Below are positions 13,148-26,416 of a DNA stretch of 64,000 nucleotides, in pieces. Both the position numbers and the translations under genes were made by a program. How positions within the stretch are numbered: the stretch's first letter is position 1; each line of letters starts with the position of its first letter. Origin of the DNA: Octopus sinensis (taxonomy: Eukaryota); assembly GCF_006345805.1 (NCBI RefSeq), contig NC_042999.1, forward strand, positions 100,068,001 to 100,132,000, given 5' to 3'. Below the pieces are notes generated by a model. The model was not told the DNA's origin and made no database searches. It saw only the letters and a list, made by a program, of their open reading frames with translations.

Positions 13148-13273
13148 GTATATAGTAGTGGTTAAGAGCGCGGGCTACAAGCTCCAAAATTCCGAGTTCG
13201 ATTCCAAGCAGCGACCTGAACAACGATAGTAATAATAATGATAATAATAACAATGGTAATAATAATGATGATG

Positions 13274-13345
<72 letters not shown>

Positions 13346-13356
13346 TAATAATAATG

Positions 13357-13409
<53 letters not shown>

Positions 13410-13543
13410 TCGAAAAATACCTTAGGAATGAGAATCCAAGTTCGAAATTTCCCCGAGACAACTGAAGAAGGCGGGAGGGTATATCAGCCAAAACATTGTG
13501 TTAACAACAAACAAGATGAGGACAAATATCCCTCGAATGTAAA
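13148..13543 (+). mobile_element. tRNA-headed, (AAT)n-linker, hammerhead-tailed element (right arm)
   Basis: A-box-like TATAGTAGTGG (~13151-13161), B-box GAGTTCGATTCC (~13194-13205), (AAT)n ~13220-13408, tail ~13408-13543. Confidence 0.8.
13457..13502 (+). ncRNA. Degenerate minimal type I hammerhead ribozyme motif
   Basis: GACAA-CUGAAGA-A-GGCGG-loop-CAGCC-AAAAC-AUU-GUGUU. GAAA is mutated to AAAA, so probably inactive. Confidence 0.55.
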
Positions 13544-13734
13544 TTAAGTACTAGAGTTTGTAAATATTACCATATTGCAGCTATGATGTGGGTTGATCGT
13601 TCTTTCACGGCCTGAAGGTGTGTTTAATAGGTTCGCTTCACAAACAAATATTCGGCTGCTTGTTAGATTATACAAGTGTTTTCTGCAAAAGCTTCAGTAA
13701 TACCTCATGACTAGAAATAGTGAGAAAGTCTGTC

Positions 13735-13783
<49 letters not shown>

Positions 13784-13840
13784 CACATTATACACACCGC
13801 CTGACAACATACCGATCGTAAATAATTGAAAAATACATTA

Positions 13841-13985
13841 TATAAGGTTGTCCCAAAAGTTCGTAGAAAGTCTTGGAAAATAATGGTCTTTATTTTGAGG
13901 AATAATTTTTGTTGTTTTTGTTAGTACTTGGCGAGTAAAAATTCAATTTTCGCAAGTGTTTACGAACTTTTGGAACAACCTAATA
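13841..13985. mobile_element. Tc1/mariner-type MITE (~145 bp)
   Basis: TIRs TAAGGTTGTCCCAAAAGTTCGTA and rc TTAGGTTGTTCCAAAAGTTCGTA (2 mismatches), TA at both ends. Confidence 0.8.
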
Positions 13986-14624
13986 CTTACCGCCATGGCA
14001 GTATGTATAATGTTTTTTCATTTATTTACGTTTGGTATGTTGCCACTGATGATCGGAAAGGGTTTTCCATAACTCATACTGTGAAATCTATAGATAAGGT
14101 ACTATCCAAATTATTCTATAAATCCTCGCTGTCTATTTTCCTCATTTGGAACCTTGTTTTAGTAGAGTAATAACCTAAGTAGTTCATAGACCATTCGGAG
14201 TGTATTTTTAGCAAACTGGTGTTGGTAATCATTCAAAACCCTTATTATAATTTAAATATAATACATATATCAAACAAGGAGCACAGTAAGGTGCCACATG
14301 CAACCAAACCTTGGGCTTAGTTGTGAGTTCCACACTCCATCCCCCGCTCCAGTATCCAGCGTAGTCACACGTACGGCATGTATCTAAAGATACATGTATC
14401 TAAAGTGTGCAGACTACAAGCTAAATAATACATAGAATAGTAAATTGCAGATAAACTAGTATGATATTCAATGTTTTATGTGACATAAATGCGTTTCAAC
14501 GAAATACTGAAATAATTACATAACACTTGTAGAAACCTTATACGTTACCGTATCAGTGTCCAGCACTTTGCTGAAACGCATGTACGTTGTATAAAGCATT
14601 GAAAACCACACTTGTTTTATACGT

Positions 14625-15005
14625 AAAAGAAGTTTCCTTCCTTGTTCAGTCCCACAGCGTGGCACTTGGGGCAACTGTCTTCTAAATAAGCCGTAGGCTG
14701 AGTAACGCCTTGTGTGTCGATTTGGTAGACGGAAACTGAAAAGAAACTTGCCGTATATGTACAAATATACATGTGTGCGTGCGTGCATGTGTGTGCCTTA
14801 GTGCCTTTTTTGCCCTCCAATCTTCCATCGCTCGACGACCGGTGTTAATATATATAACTCCTAGTAATTTAGCGATTCTGCAAAAACGACCGAAAGAACA
14901 AGTGCCAAGTTTTAAAAAATAAGTAGTGGGGTCGATTCGTGCGACTAATTTTTTTCAAGGCGTATTTTTACATGATCGCAGTCTAATGACTGAAGCAAGT
15001 AAAGA
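14625..15005 (+). mobile_element. SINE family B, decayed
   Basis: GTTCAGTCCCAC.GCGTGGCAC..GATTTGGTAGACGGAAACTGAAA..GCAGTCTAATGACTGAAGCAAGTAAAG; compare 25697-26089. Confidence 0.8.
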
Positions 15006-15400
15006 ATGAAATATAAGAGTTATATGTACGTAAATAAGTGTATGCATGTCTATACATATGCATATATATACATGCATATTTACATGTATTTATATATGTA
15101 TATGTGCGTGCCTGAGTGTGGGCGTATTTATATCTTTCACTGGTCTGTAACACCACTGAAAGCAAACACGAGTGGAAAATGTTTAGACGTCAACAAAACC
15201 CACTAACTTTCGAACGTTCTTACATGATTCTAGACAAAAATAAAATGTAGCGCATTTGTATCGGGCTTTGAAACCTGTAACCAACGATGTTAATCAACAT
15301 AAATTGAGAAATAAAATGAATAATTTTTAAAATTGAAGCTTGATAACAGGGTACCACGCAACGAAAATTAAAACTTGAAATGTTAATATTACAATACTCT

Positions 15401-15984
15401 AAGGCGGCGAGCAGCCAGAAACGTTAGCACGCCGGGCGAAATGCGTAACCGTATTTCGTCTACCGTTACGTTCTGAGTTCAAGTTCCGCTGAGGTCGACT
15501 TTGCCTTTCATTCTTTCGGGGTCGATAAATTAAGCACCAGTTAAACACTGGGGGTCGATGTAATCGACTTAATCCGTTCGTCTGTCCTTGTTTCTCCCTT
15601 CTGTGTTTAGCCCCTTGTGGGTTGTAAAGAAATAGGTATTTCGTCTGTCGCTACGTTCTGAGTTCAAATTCCGCCGAGGTTGAATTTGCCTTTCATTCTT
15701 TCGGGGTCAATTAAATAAGTACCAGTTACGCACTGGGGGTCGATATAATCAACTTAATCCGTGTGTCTGTCCTTGTTTGTCCTCTCTGTGTTTAACCCCT
15801 TGTGGGTAGTAAAGAAATTGGTATTTTGTCCATCTGTCTGTCCTGAGCTCAGATTCTGTCGAGTTCGAATTTCCCTCTCATCTTTTTGGGGTCAATAAAA
15901 TAAGTATCAGTTGAACACTGGAATCGATGTCATCAACTTAGCCCTTCTCCGAAATTACTGGGCTCGTGCCAAATTTGAAACTAG
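15401..15984 (+). mobile_element. SINE family A, multimeric form (~185-bp units)
   Basis: Head AAGGCGGCGAGC at 15401; unit starts at 15452, 15637 and 15822. Confidence 0.88.
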
Positions 15985-18899
15985 TATTACCAAACTTTGA
16001 AGATATTCAACGAGAAACTCCATCGAACTATAAACTTTTCAGCTTCCAATAAGTGCAACAGGTTGTTGTCAAAACATGGATAATTTTGGGAAAAATTTCC
16101 ACTCTTGAAGCATAAACTAACATCAAGTCGTAAGAAACTCATCTGAGAAATTCAAAATTTCTCTACACACTTGTATTCGATTTCCTATTACATTATACAC
16201 CATTGCCTTATTCTAAAAGAACTGCAGTATACCATTACACTTCTACGCCGAATTAATTATACGAATTATATAACTATAAAATTGTTTATGAAAACCGCTT
16301 TTACGAAACTGACCCATACTAAAAATGTCAATCTCTCAATAACCTTCAAATTTCTGGCGTGGCACCATTCTCTCAGCTGCTCCTAATAAGAAAGATATAA
16401 ACTTAGTCAAATCAGCACAGAATGGTGTGCGTGGCCATTCGACTTTCTTGAATAGTTAGCAAATTTCTTTCCAATTACTCCCGAAACTATTGAAGAGGAG
16501 ACAAATACAATAGATAATTTAGACCTAGAACCGTTTCGTCTCAAAATATATCACGTAGTGCTTAAAGCTAGAATGACTGGAATAACATATTACGGGAGAC
16601 TAACAATAATACAGAATATCAAACTACAACTATCTCCATGGATAGATATCATGTATATTCAAACTCTGCAAGGTATCTTCATATCTGTTTTTCCACCAGA
16701 TCAAAATCTTTCAAGAGATACCTCAGAATGGTAGCTGACGCTAAATATACTTCTTTCTATCTGGACGATTTTCTGTTTTCCAGCCATTAAATATGGTCAC
16801 CTACAAGACTTCTCATGTCATTATTCTTTAGCAACAAAACCTTCCTTTCTTTTCCCTTACAGCCAACCATCGTATGAGATATATTCACATATAAATAGGA
16901 TCATAATATGCATTCAATCATTTTGAAAGAACTTCATATACTTCAAATTTCAAGTCCCTTTAAGAGTACAATAGAAATTCAATAGTAAAAGTATCTTCTT
17001 TCGAAATTATCCGATCTCTTTCGATATGAAGATAATCTTCGATGAACTAAGTGATCTCTCTCGTATGTTTTAACACCTGCCACTGGTTTTAAATTGATCG
17101 GTTAAAAGCAATTTAAACTTGCCCAACGATCATACAGTAAATCAACCCGGGAAGCGTATCAACTGAATAATCTGATATCAAAGAAGATGACACGCTGGAA
17201 CCTATTGATAATTTCTATATTTCTTGAACCAGGAATCTTCTGAACTTTTAGAAACTCTGTTCTTTATATGTTTCAATTTACTAACGTGCCCGCTTCACTC
17301 AGAAAATCGTTAAAGTAGTTTTCATCAAAGAATATTCAAGAGGACCTTCCATTTATATAGCAATAAAGCTGTCGGCTTTTTATGACACTGTGATACGATT
17401 GATCAATGCTTCAGTAAGAAATGTTGAAAACATAGCGTAAAATATTGATGGTTTCAAACAATATGTTAGAAATACCTTAAATCCCCTCCTACTCAATTAA
17501 CTGATCAGTTCAGTTTCATAGTTCAAATCACTTTCTAATACAATGCAAATTATTTTGTGGCGATTAAAATGATATTTTTATTCAAATGTCATACAGTGAA
17601 GATAAGTTATATATTAACAACATACATCTTGACTACCATGTTTTCTGTAGGTTTAACATTAAATCTATATAACCGTGTAGATAAATCTTCCTATGTTTCA
17701 AATTTCTTCATTCTAACTCTCTTAGTGTCTAACTCATGCTAGAAATAAATCAATGAACTCACCCTGTTCTCTCCTAATTAACATGTGATCGAGGATCTCT
17801 GGCCGATTTACGCCAGTTTATTTAATTTTGTTTAGTCTAGTGAGCATAATGGCTAAGAATGCTTCAGTTCTTGGAATAGATTATCAACGTGTAATTAATC
17901 TGTATAGGTTCGCAGTTGTAGATCTATAAATGTAGTAAAGCCAAGATTTAATGTCGAATTTGTGAAGTTTTCACCTAACATTTGTGAAGTTTCCACCTAA
18001 AATTAGGCTCTATACACAATATTTCACAGTTTCAAGTCATTACAAATAACTCAAGACAGATTCCCGCGAGAACGGAATGAGTCAACATACATATTTTATA
18101 TTCTGTTTCTAGGAATTTTGACCTTACTTCTCTTATATACATAATACATAAAAGAGGCTTTGCAATAAATTTCCTTATGATTTCATCGTTTACACTTCTT
18201 GTAACAAAAACTGTTAATACATGATATAGTAATAGGATCATCGTAACTACAGCACATTTATGATACTAAATATTTACCATGTTCATATCACAAAATTCCA
18301 TATTTTTTTCGTATTTATATTATTTAAAGTATTACAATACTATGTAATTATGTGAAATAAGGAGATGCATATACATCCCTGAAGAATCCGATGCAATTTA
18401 GAAGTTGAACTTCGTGAGTTTAATGTTTATACCTTCTCCTTTAAGTGTATAACATCCTAGAAAAGAATCAATGAACTAACATAATCCCCCACTAACTGAA
18501 ATAATTGCAATCAATGTTCTTAGTATTATATGCTGATTGTGCAAGTTTACTTAATTTTGTTTAATGAGTCTTGTGAACTTAATGACTAGATGTTTCAATT
18601 TTCGAAATATGTGATCAATGTATGATTAATTTGACAAAGTTCATTTAGCCTCTTAAGTCAATTAAAATCTCATTGCAGCTTCAGCTTTAGGTGATGGGGA
18701 AAATAATACACTATATTATTCGAAAACTTACCGTAGATATTTAACCGCTTAAAATTTATTTCCAGTTTTTACATTGAATCATATTGTACATAATCTATCT
18801 ACATACCTATAAGTATGTGGTGTGTGGGTGTGTGTGTGCAATATCAGTAAATCATATTATTGTATATTATATACCATAATTCATATAACATAACATAAT

Positions 18900-19070
18900 A
18901 TATGTCAGGGAAAGCAAGCTAAAAGAATCGATAGAGCATCAATCCTGCATAGATCAACTTTGCCTTTCAGCTCACCGGAGCTGATAGAAGATAATTCATT
19001 TAAGTACGGGAGTCAACGGTATCTCATCTCCTTAAAATTGCTGTCATTGTGTAAAAATTGAAAACAAATA
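18900..19070 (+). mobile_element. Decayed SINE family A fragment
   Basis: GATCAACTTTGCCTTTCAGC...TTAAGTAC resembles the family A core. Confidence 0.45.
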
Positions 19071-20856
19071 TGGATGGAATTGACCTTCAATTAGAAGTAT
19101 TTCTATTTAATAAAATTGTCTCCTTCAACATGGGATAAAAACTGACTCTAAATATTAAACTACCACGCCTCATTTTCACTATTTCAAAATTCTGCAAAGT
19201 ACAGAAAAATAATCCTTGTTCGTTGTTTTAATAACCTGAGTACTTCTTGTAGAAATTAGCTATTTCATGAAATATTCACGTTTTGTTCCTTCAGCACTTC
19301 TCCGAGTGCGAAGAAAAATTTACTGAATATTTTGAATACATGTCATTACCAACAGGATATTAATCATTAATATTTATAGTTATTTTATGCGATTTTCTCT
19401 TTTATTTAAAAATTCTTAACAGTTTTGGATTTAAAATGTTCTCTAATGACAGGTATGAAGTCGATGCCACAAGTAGACATCGGATCGTACAAAAACAGAA
19501 CAAAATATTTAATCTTTGTTTGATATAAACCATTTTCTCCGACTTTTATGCAGTATCCATTTATGGAATATAATCAAAGAAAAAAATAACTTTATAGCAT
19601 TCCCATATGGCCATTGTAACAAATGTTTACAGTCTTAAACGTAGGATCTTCTTCATATGAAAGGCTTTCCATATATTATCTCGGCAACTCCTTTGAGTTG
19701 CAAGAGCAAAATAAAGAAACTGCATTGGATGTTAGCTGTCATTAATATATCAGTAAATTATTAAAGGGTACTGAGTTTCCTTTTAAAATAATCCCCTCAG
19801 AATTTTTATTTTCTAGTATAAAAATATTTCATAAATTTACATTAGAAAAATAAAACAGAATATCTGACGAATTTCTGCACATTACTCAATGACTAATCTT
19901 CTCTTAATTACTTTCTAATAGCGGTTAGATTAGCTTTGACAGGTTGCTATGCACATTTTATCTGTCAGCAACATACAGCTGTTACCATGTCATTCCAAAC
20001 GAAATGGAATGCATAATTTTATAGATACTTTCATTAATTTCTTTCAACCATATTTTCCTTTAGCACGGCGTCTGTGAGTTCCACTAGTTTGATTTTTTTC
20101 CCAACAGGTTTGTATATATTCCTAGAACGTTGCTATAGTATTTCAGTTTTATCCAGTTGAATTTTATCATATAATACCATTAGTTGCACCAATAATTTAC
20201 TGACATTTGCTTCGTTAGTAGCATTGTTACATATACAGTGAGCATATCATTAGACATTATATAAGTTATATCATTGGTTCTACCGTTACATGTGCAATAA
20301 AATTACCACTAGATGTAACGCAAGCAATGCCGTCATTGTGTTGTTGGATGTAAAGTAAATTATACCCAACCATTGGTTTTAGCGTTAGCTTTACTGTAAG
20401 TAGCGGCGACAGATGTATAACTATCTTACCATTAGATATAATGTAATGTTAGTCATACCACTAATTTTAACGTCGGTTGTGCATTTGTTGTACTGTTAGA
20501 TGTTCCTAAAAATGTACGGTTAATGTAGTACTGTTATAAGTACTAATAGACATAATGCTAGTTTAAAAGTTAATTGCTAGGTTAGTTATTGTTTAACCTC
20601 AGAAGAACTCAGATCGATCAGATTTATGGTCAAAATACATTCTAGCTGTAACCATCCTCTTTTTTTTTTTTTTTTGTTATTCAGACATATTGTATATTAC
20701 CCCAATAGGTATTTTTATGTTACAGTGCTTATTTAGTGATGCATAGTGAATTTTTTACTTTATTTTAGTAAATATTAACGGGAATATCAGTGAATATCGA
20801 ATTCTCCAATACATTTTAGATCTTAATTGTTTGGGGTATTTAAAGGGCGAGAGCAA

Positions 20857-21975
20857 TACATGTCTGGGCTAAAAAGTTCATAGGCTGACGATGAAGGAGT
20901 GGTGCTAGAGCTGTGCAATTGTAAATGTATTAATTTCAACTCTTGTTATTAATAACTGCAAAGTTTCCATCCAGATAAGTTGACTATCAAATACCAGCAG
21001 GGAAAGGCTTTTAGCCTCCAAGACTATTCATGCGGACATGGTTGCTATATTAGAGGATGATATTCCAGCTTCATCAACAGTGCTAGAGTGGGTAGCTGAA
21101 TTTAGGAAGGGAAGGGAGAACTTGAAAGTGATCCAAGGTCTGTACGTCCTACAACTGCCACTACCGAGGAAAACATTGATCGTGTTCACCACTTGGTGAT
21201 GGATGACAGGCGATTGAACATAAGTTAAATAGACAATGCCATAAGCATATCTCGTTAGAGAGTTCAAAATATTCTGCACAATGAACTTGGCGTGACAGAG
21301 GTTTCTGTTCGATGAGTGCCACACCTTCTGACACCTAATCAAACGCGTACCAGCTTGGTCACATCTAGGGGAAATCTGACATTGTTTGAGGCAGATCCAG
21401 CTGGTTTTTCTTGAACGATTTCATACTCAGGATGAATGTTCGGTTCATAACTTTGAGCCAGTGAGAAAAAGAGATAATCCATGTTGTGGAAACACATCAC
21501 GTCACCTGATCAAAGAAGGTCAAGGTCATTTCTTATGCAGTGAAGATGATGACCTTAGTTTTGGGGGATGCAAAAGGCATTGAGCTTATGGACTATCTTC
21601 AAAATGACCACACCACCAATGAAGAGTAATATGTCAGCTTGTTGAAGCAGTCACTAAAGGCTATCAGGACCAAACATCTAGGAAAACTGATGAAAGGGGT
21701 CTTGTTTCAGCAGCACGCAAGTTCTAGATTTCAATGGTTGCTGTGCAATCGCGGCTTTGAACTCGTGGATCACCCTCCCTATTCTCTTAATTTGGTTTCA
21801 TCTGACTAGCATTTGTTCCCAAACATGAAACGCCGCTGGGCTAGGAAGCAGTATCTAAGCATTGCAACACCGATGGAAGAATTGCGTGAACCACAAGGAA
21901 AAAATAAACTTCTTTGTTCATATTTCATAAGAGTATCTTGGTCAGCCTATGGACTTTTCAACGGACCGTCGTGTT
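20857..21975 (+). mobile_element. Decayed mariner element with both TIRs and a pseudogenised transposase (~20985-21830)
   Basis: Inner TIR AAAAGTTCATAGGCTGAC vs rc AAAAGTCCATAGGCTGAC (17/18). Translation gives TIHADMV..STVLEWVAEFRKGR, DPRSVRPTT..ENIDRV, VR*VPHLLT (WVPHxL), RFHTQDEC and HPPYSLNLVSSD (YSPDLAPSD-like), with stops and frameshifts. Confidence 0.92.
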
Positions 21976-22432
21976 ATGCTGAGCAGTCCCATCACTTACA
22001 AAAGTTTTATAGTAATGATATCGCACGGTAAATCATACTGTATTCAGTAAAATTCATATAAATCAACACAAACTGTAAATGCTGGCGTGTCTGCAATAGT
22101 GGATATGACTCACACCTGATTTAATAAACCAAAAAATGCACTCAAAGAGGAAATCACCAATTCACAAAACATCCCGTAAGCAACTTTAACTATCCTCGTT
22201 ATACTTGATTGTCTTTTGTGTGTGTATGTGCGTATGTGTGTATTTATGTATGTGTGTATGTTTGTCTGTAAGTGTATGTGTGTATGTGTGTGTATCTCTG
22301 TTGAAACATAAATCAAATAACTGCCGAAAGACAATGTTTTGAGTAGTTGTTTATTCGTGTTTCATGCTGCTTTTTTAATCATTTCGCTTTTTACAGACAT
22401 CCCTACAAAAATTAATATCTTGGTACAACAAT

Positions 22433-22750
22433 GTGATGGAGCATGGCTTAGTGGCTCACGATCGCAAGGTCATGAGTTCAATTCCCGGCGATGCGTTATA
22501 TCCTTGAGCAAGACACTTTATTTCACATGCTCCAGTCAACTCAGCTGGCAAAAATGAGTAGTACCTTTATTTCAAAGGGCTAGCCTTGTCACATTCTGTG
22601 TCTCGTTGAATCTCCCTGAGAACTACGTTGTGGAGTATATGTGTTTGTGGAGTGGTCAGCCACTTGCACGTTAATTTCATGAGCAAGCTGTTCCGTAGGT
22701 CGGGTCAACTGGGGGCCATCGTCGTCGTAACCGTCAGAGTGCTTGTTTAA
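22433..22750 (+). mobile_element. tRNA-derived SINE with CORE/Meta-like central domain
   Basis: A-box TGGCTTAGTGG (22444-22454), B-box GAGTTCAATTCC (22474-22485), then TCCTTGAGCAAGACACTTT..GCTCCAGTCAACTCAGCTG. Confidence 0.75.
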
Positions 22751-25696
22751 AGTGCAACACAACAAAAGTGCCCTTAACTATACGTGAAAGCAACTTCAAA
22801 ATTATATATTGTGGTTGCCAAAACTACATCATGTACAATACACCTAATTACAATGCATTCTAGCTCGCATATTTGTCAAGATAGATCTGCTGAAACAGAT
22901 CAGGGGGAAGCTACTCCAAAATATTTGAAACGATCACACACTTCTGCTTTCAACAATTTCTCTCGGTGTGCAATGCTATACAGATTACTTTGAATTGTGT
23001 AAGTAGCACACATCTCAATAACGAATTCGTCCAAATTGGTAACAGCATTAACGTGCCACCAGTCTCATTCACTGTCAGAAAATCTTTTCTTTATCCCATT
23101 TCACTAAATCTAATTACTACGAAGAAGCAGTACAAACAAACCATTCTATCAAAGATTTTATCCCAAGAAAGAAACAATATATTATAAAGATTTATTTGAA
23201 TCAAAGAAGACTTTCAAGAAAATATTTGAATTGAGACTCAGTAAATAACCCGGTTCGAAAATTTGAGATATTCATTTTTCTTTTTTCTTTTTTTTTTTGT
23301 AATAAAATTATTGTGAGTTTGTTGTTGCTGCTGCTGATGTTATTGTTGTTATCGTTGCTGTAATTGCTGATAATGGTGATGTTTTGTCGACGTTGTCGTT
23401 ATAGTTTTGTTGATGTTGATTTTGTTGTTGCTTGTTTTTGAGGATGTTGTTATTGTCGTTGTTCCTGTCAAAAACAGGCATCTAAACGACGAATATCGCT
23501 AATCCTTTTTTGGTTGTTTTTTGTTTGTTTTGTTTTCAAGTTTAGTGTATCTTGGACTGTGATCTTCCATTTTCAAGCTGTATGATGTAGGTTGAAGGTT
23601 AATTGACTACTAGTTACAAAAGATCGAGTGATCACATGGAACCTTCTCCTCTAACACGAATACCGGGGATCGAGCATTAGCTTGTGTAAATAATGTTATA
23701 CATTTTCGATGTATTGTTCCAACAAAAATAAAACTGTTTTCAGCAAATAACCGTGCTGTGTTTTTGTTCTGCACAAAAAGACATTTACTGAACAGGAATA
23801 TTTAACCTAGTGTAATTTTAAAACAATAAAACGTTCTTTTAGAAAACCCAAGTTAGTCTAATTAAGTACCAAACAATACAATAAGATCTCAATATGTTCC
23901 CAATTTTTTCCGGCCATTTATTCATCACATTCAATCCCGTTAAACCATTTTCCGATAATCACATTCTCTTTTCCGCCACTTTCTTCAACTCTTAGATTGT
24001 GTAAAGGTTCCCATATTTCATCTATACATGACAATGTACAATTTGGTAGCATATAATAATAGCCAAATATAAACGAAAACAGCGGTATCACGCTCGTTTA
24101 TTTGAAAAAGAGTCAAGTAAAGAACCCAACAGATAATTACATATTGAAAATAGAGTTGTTCTAGCAGTAGGTGGAAACTTTGAGCATCATTTTGAACGAA
24201 GGTTTTATATTTTCTTGCATAATTGTTTTACTGCCGTTGCTCATTTGACAGGAATACTTTATCATATCGCTCTCCATAGGAATACATCAAAAGACATTTG
24301 AAATCTTAGAAAAACAAATATTAGCGACATGAAGTCGATATTATTGATTTACTGAATGCTATAAAATATGAAACCTTATAGCAATCATAGTTTTACAATT
24401 ATTGTCAATAAGTTTCTTTCCTAGCTGTTTACTTTTCACTTCTTCAAGTCAGTCCAAGAAGAAAAAGTAAATAAACCACAAGATAACTCAGCTAAACGCT
24501 ATGGAAACCATAAAACTTTACTGAAAAGATCAGTAAAACATTTCTGACTGAACGACAGCTAACCAACTATCGACCATGATAAAATAGAAAGCAAGTGCTC
24601 GTCGTTTCAACAGATGTTAGCTGTTAAATGTATGTACACAAGTGTTCATTTTTATTGAATTTCTATAAAACTATTAGTATAAAAATTGAATGGTTTGTTT
24701 TGCAAAATATTACTGAAATAATTGCAACCTGAATAATATCCACCTGGAAGCAATCTTATGGAGGAAGACCTACAATATCAAAAATTTAATTATCAATTCA
24801 CAATTTGAAGTTGCCACGAAATGGAAAAATTAAAGAATGTTTTAAAAGAAGAATTTTAAAATGTTCCGTTAAGAAGTTAAATCTAGTCAAATAATTTATT
24901 TATAGGAAGAGTTATATGATAATTTATTCATGTTAAATTACATTTTAAGTATATTTATCTATTTCTTTTAACCTATCTTTATTTAGAAGTGGAACAAATT
25001 TATCTCCTAAAGTGTTTCACATTAAGCAGCTCAGCAACAGTTTATTCGAGGTTGAGAATAAAATTGTAGTGCTGACGTTTATAATATGCACTTCTAGAAT
25101 TCGATTTAATCACTTTTATTGAATAATTCCTATATCTTCTAACGATTTTAAACTTATCGGTTTCGCGTTGGTATTGATTAGAATATTTGCGAGTGATTTA
25201 TTTCTCTAGTTACTCAATATATTTATCATTATGCCCGCCTATCTTCTCACTGTCTAAATAAATATGTTGTAAGATATGAAAATACTGGGACTAGTTATCG
25301 TATTTAGTCACTAACTACGTCTATGGCAGTTTAGAATTCTATATAACGTACAATACACTAACATAAAATATACTAACGCACCAGTTTCTTTCTCGAGTAG
25401 TAGTACACGGGTGTACAGAATTGACATTGTGAGTCCTAAGTTGTTTCATTATTGAAATTTATTGCCGTAAAAAAATATTTGAAAGCATTAAAAGAAAGAG
25501 CGTTTTAAAATAACTAAAAGTCCATAGCAACTAATAGCGCTAGCTTTCGCTAGTTATTTTCTTTTGTTATTAATAGAGAAGTATGACTGAGGAATACGTT
25601 AAATGGTATGGAGCCGGAAAATAAATACATTAAGCACTTCTCCTCCTGTTGACGTGGCTACCATATATATATGGAGTGGCTCTACCATATATATAT

Positions 25697-26089
25697 GGAG
25701 TGGCTGAGTGGTAAGTAGCTTGCTTACGAATCACATGGTTTGGGGCTCATTCCCACTGCGTGGCACCTTGGGCAAGTGTCTTCTAGTATAGCCTCGGGCC
25801 GACCAAAGCCTTGTGAGTGGATTTGGGAGACGGAAACTGAAAGAAGCCTGTCGTATAGGTGTGTGTATATGTTTGTGTGTCTGTGATTGTCCCCCAACAT
25901 CGCTTGACAACAGATGTTAGTGTTTTTACGTCCCGTAACTTAGCGGTTCGGCAAAAGAGATCGATAGAATAAGTACTAGGTATACAAAGAATAAGTCCTA
26001 GGGACGATTTGCTCGACTAAAGGTGGTGCTCTAACATGGCCGCAGTCAAATGACTGAAACGAGTAAAAGATTCAAAAGAGAGCAAAGAG
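25697..26089 (+). mobile_element. SINE family B, near full length
   Basis: GGAGTGGCTGAGTGGTAAG head, GCACCTTGGGCAAGTGTCTT domain, GTCAAATGACTGAAAC..GTAAAAGA tail. Confidence 0.9.

Positions 26090-26416
<327 letters not shown>

Noticed and set aside
13148-13215. tRNA gene calls for A/B-box segments (also 2250-2318 and 22433-22490)
   Set aside because: I could not fold a complete cloverleaf, and each continues into a SINE body.
21028-21342. 104-aa minus-strand ORF
   Set aside because: Antisense shadow of the mariner transposase remnant.
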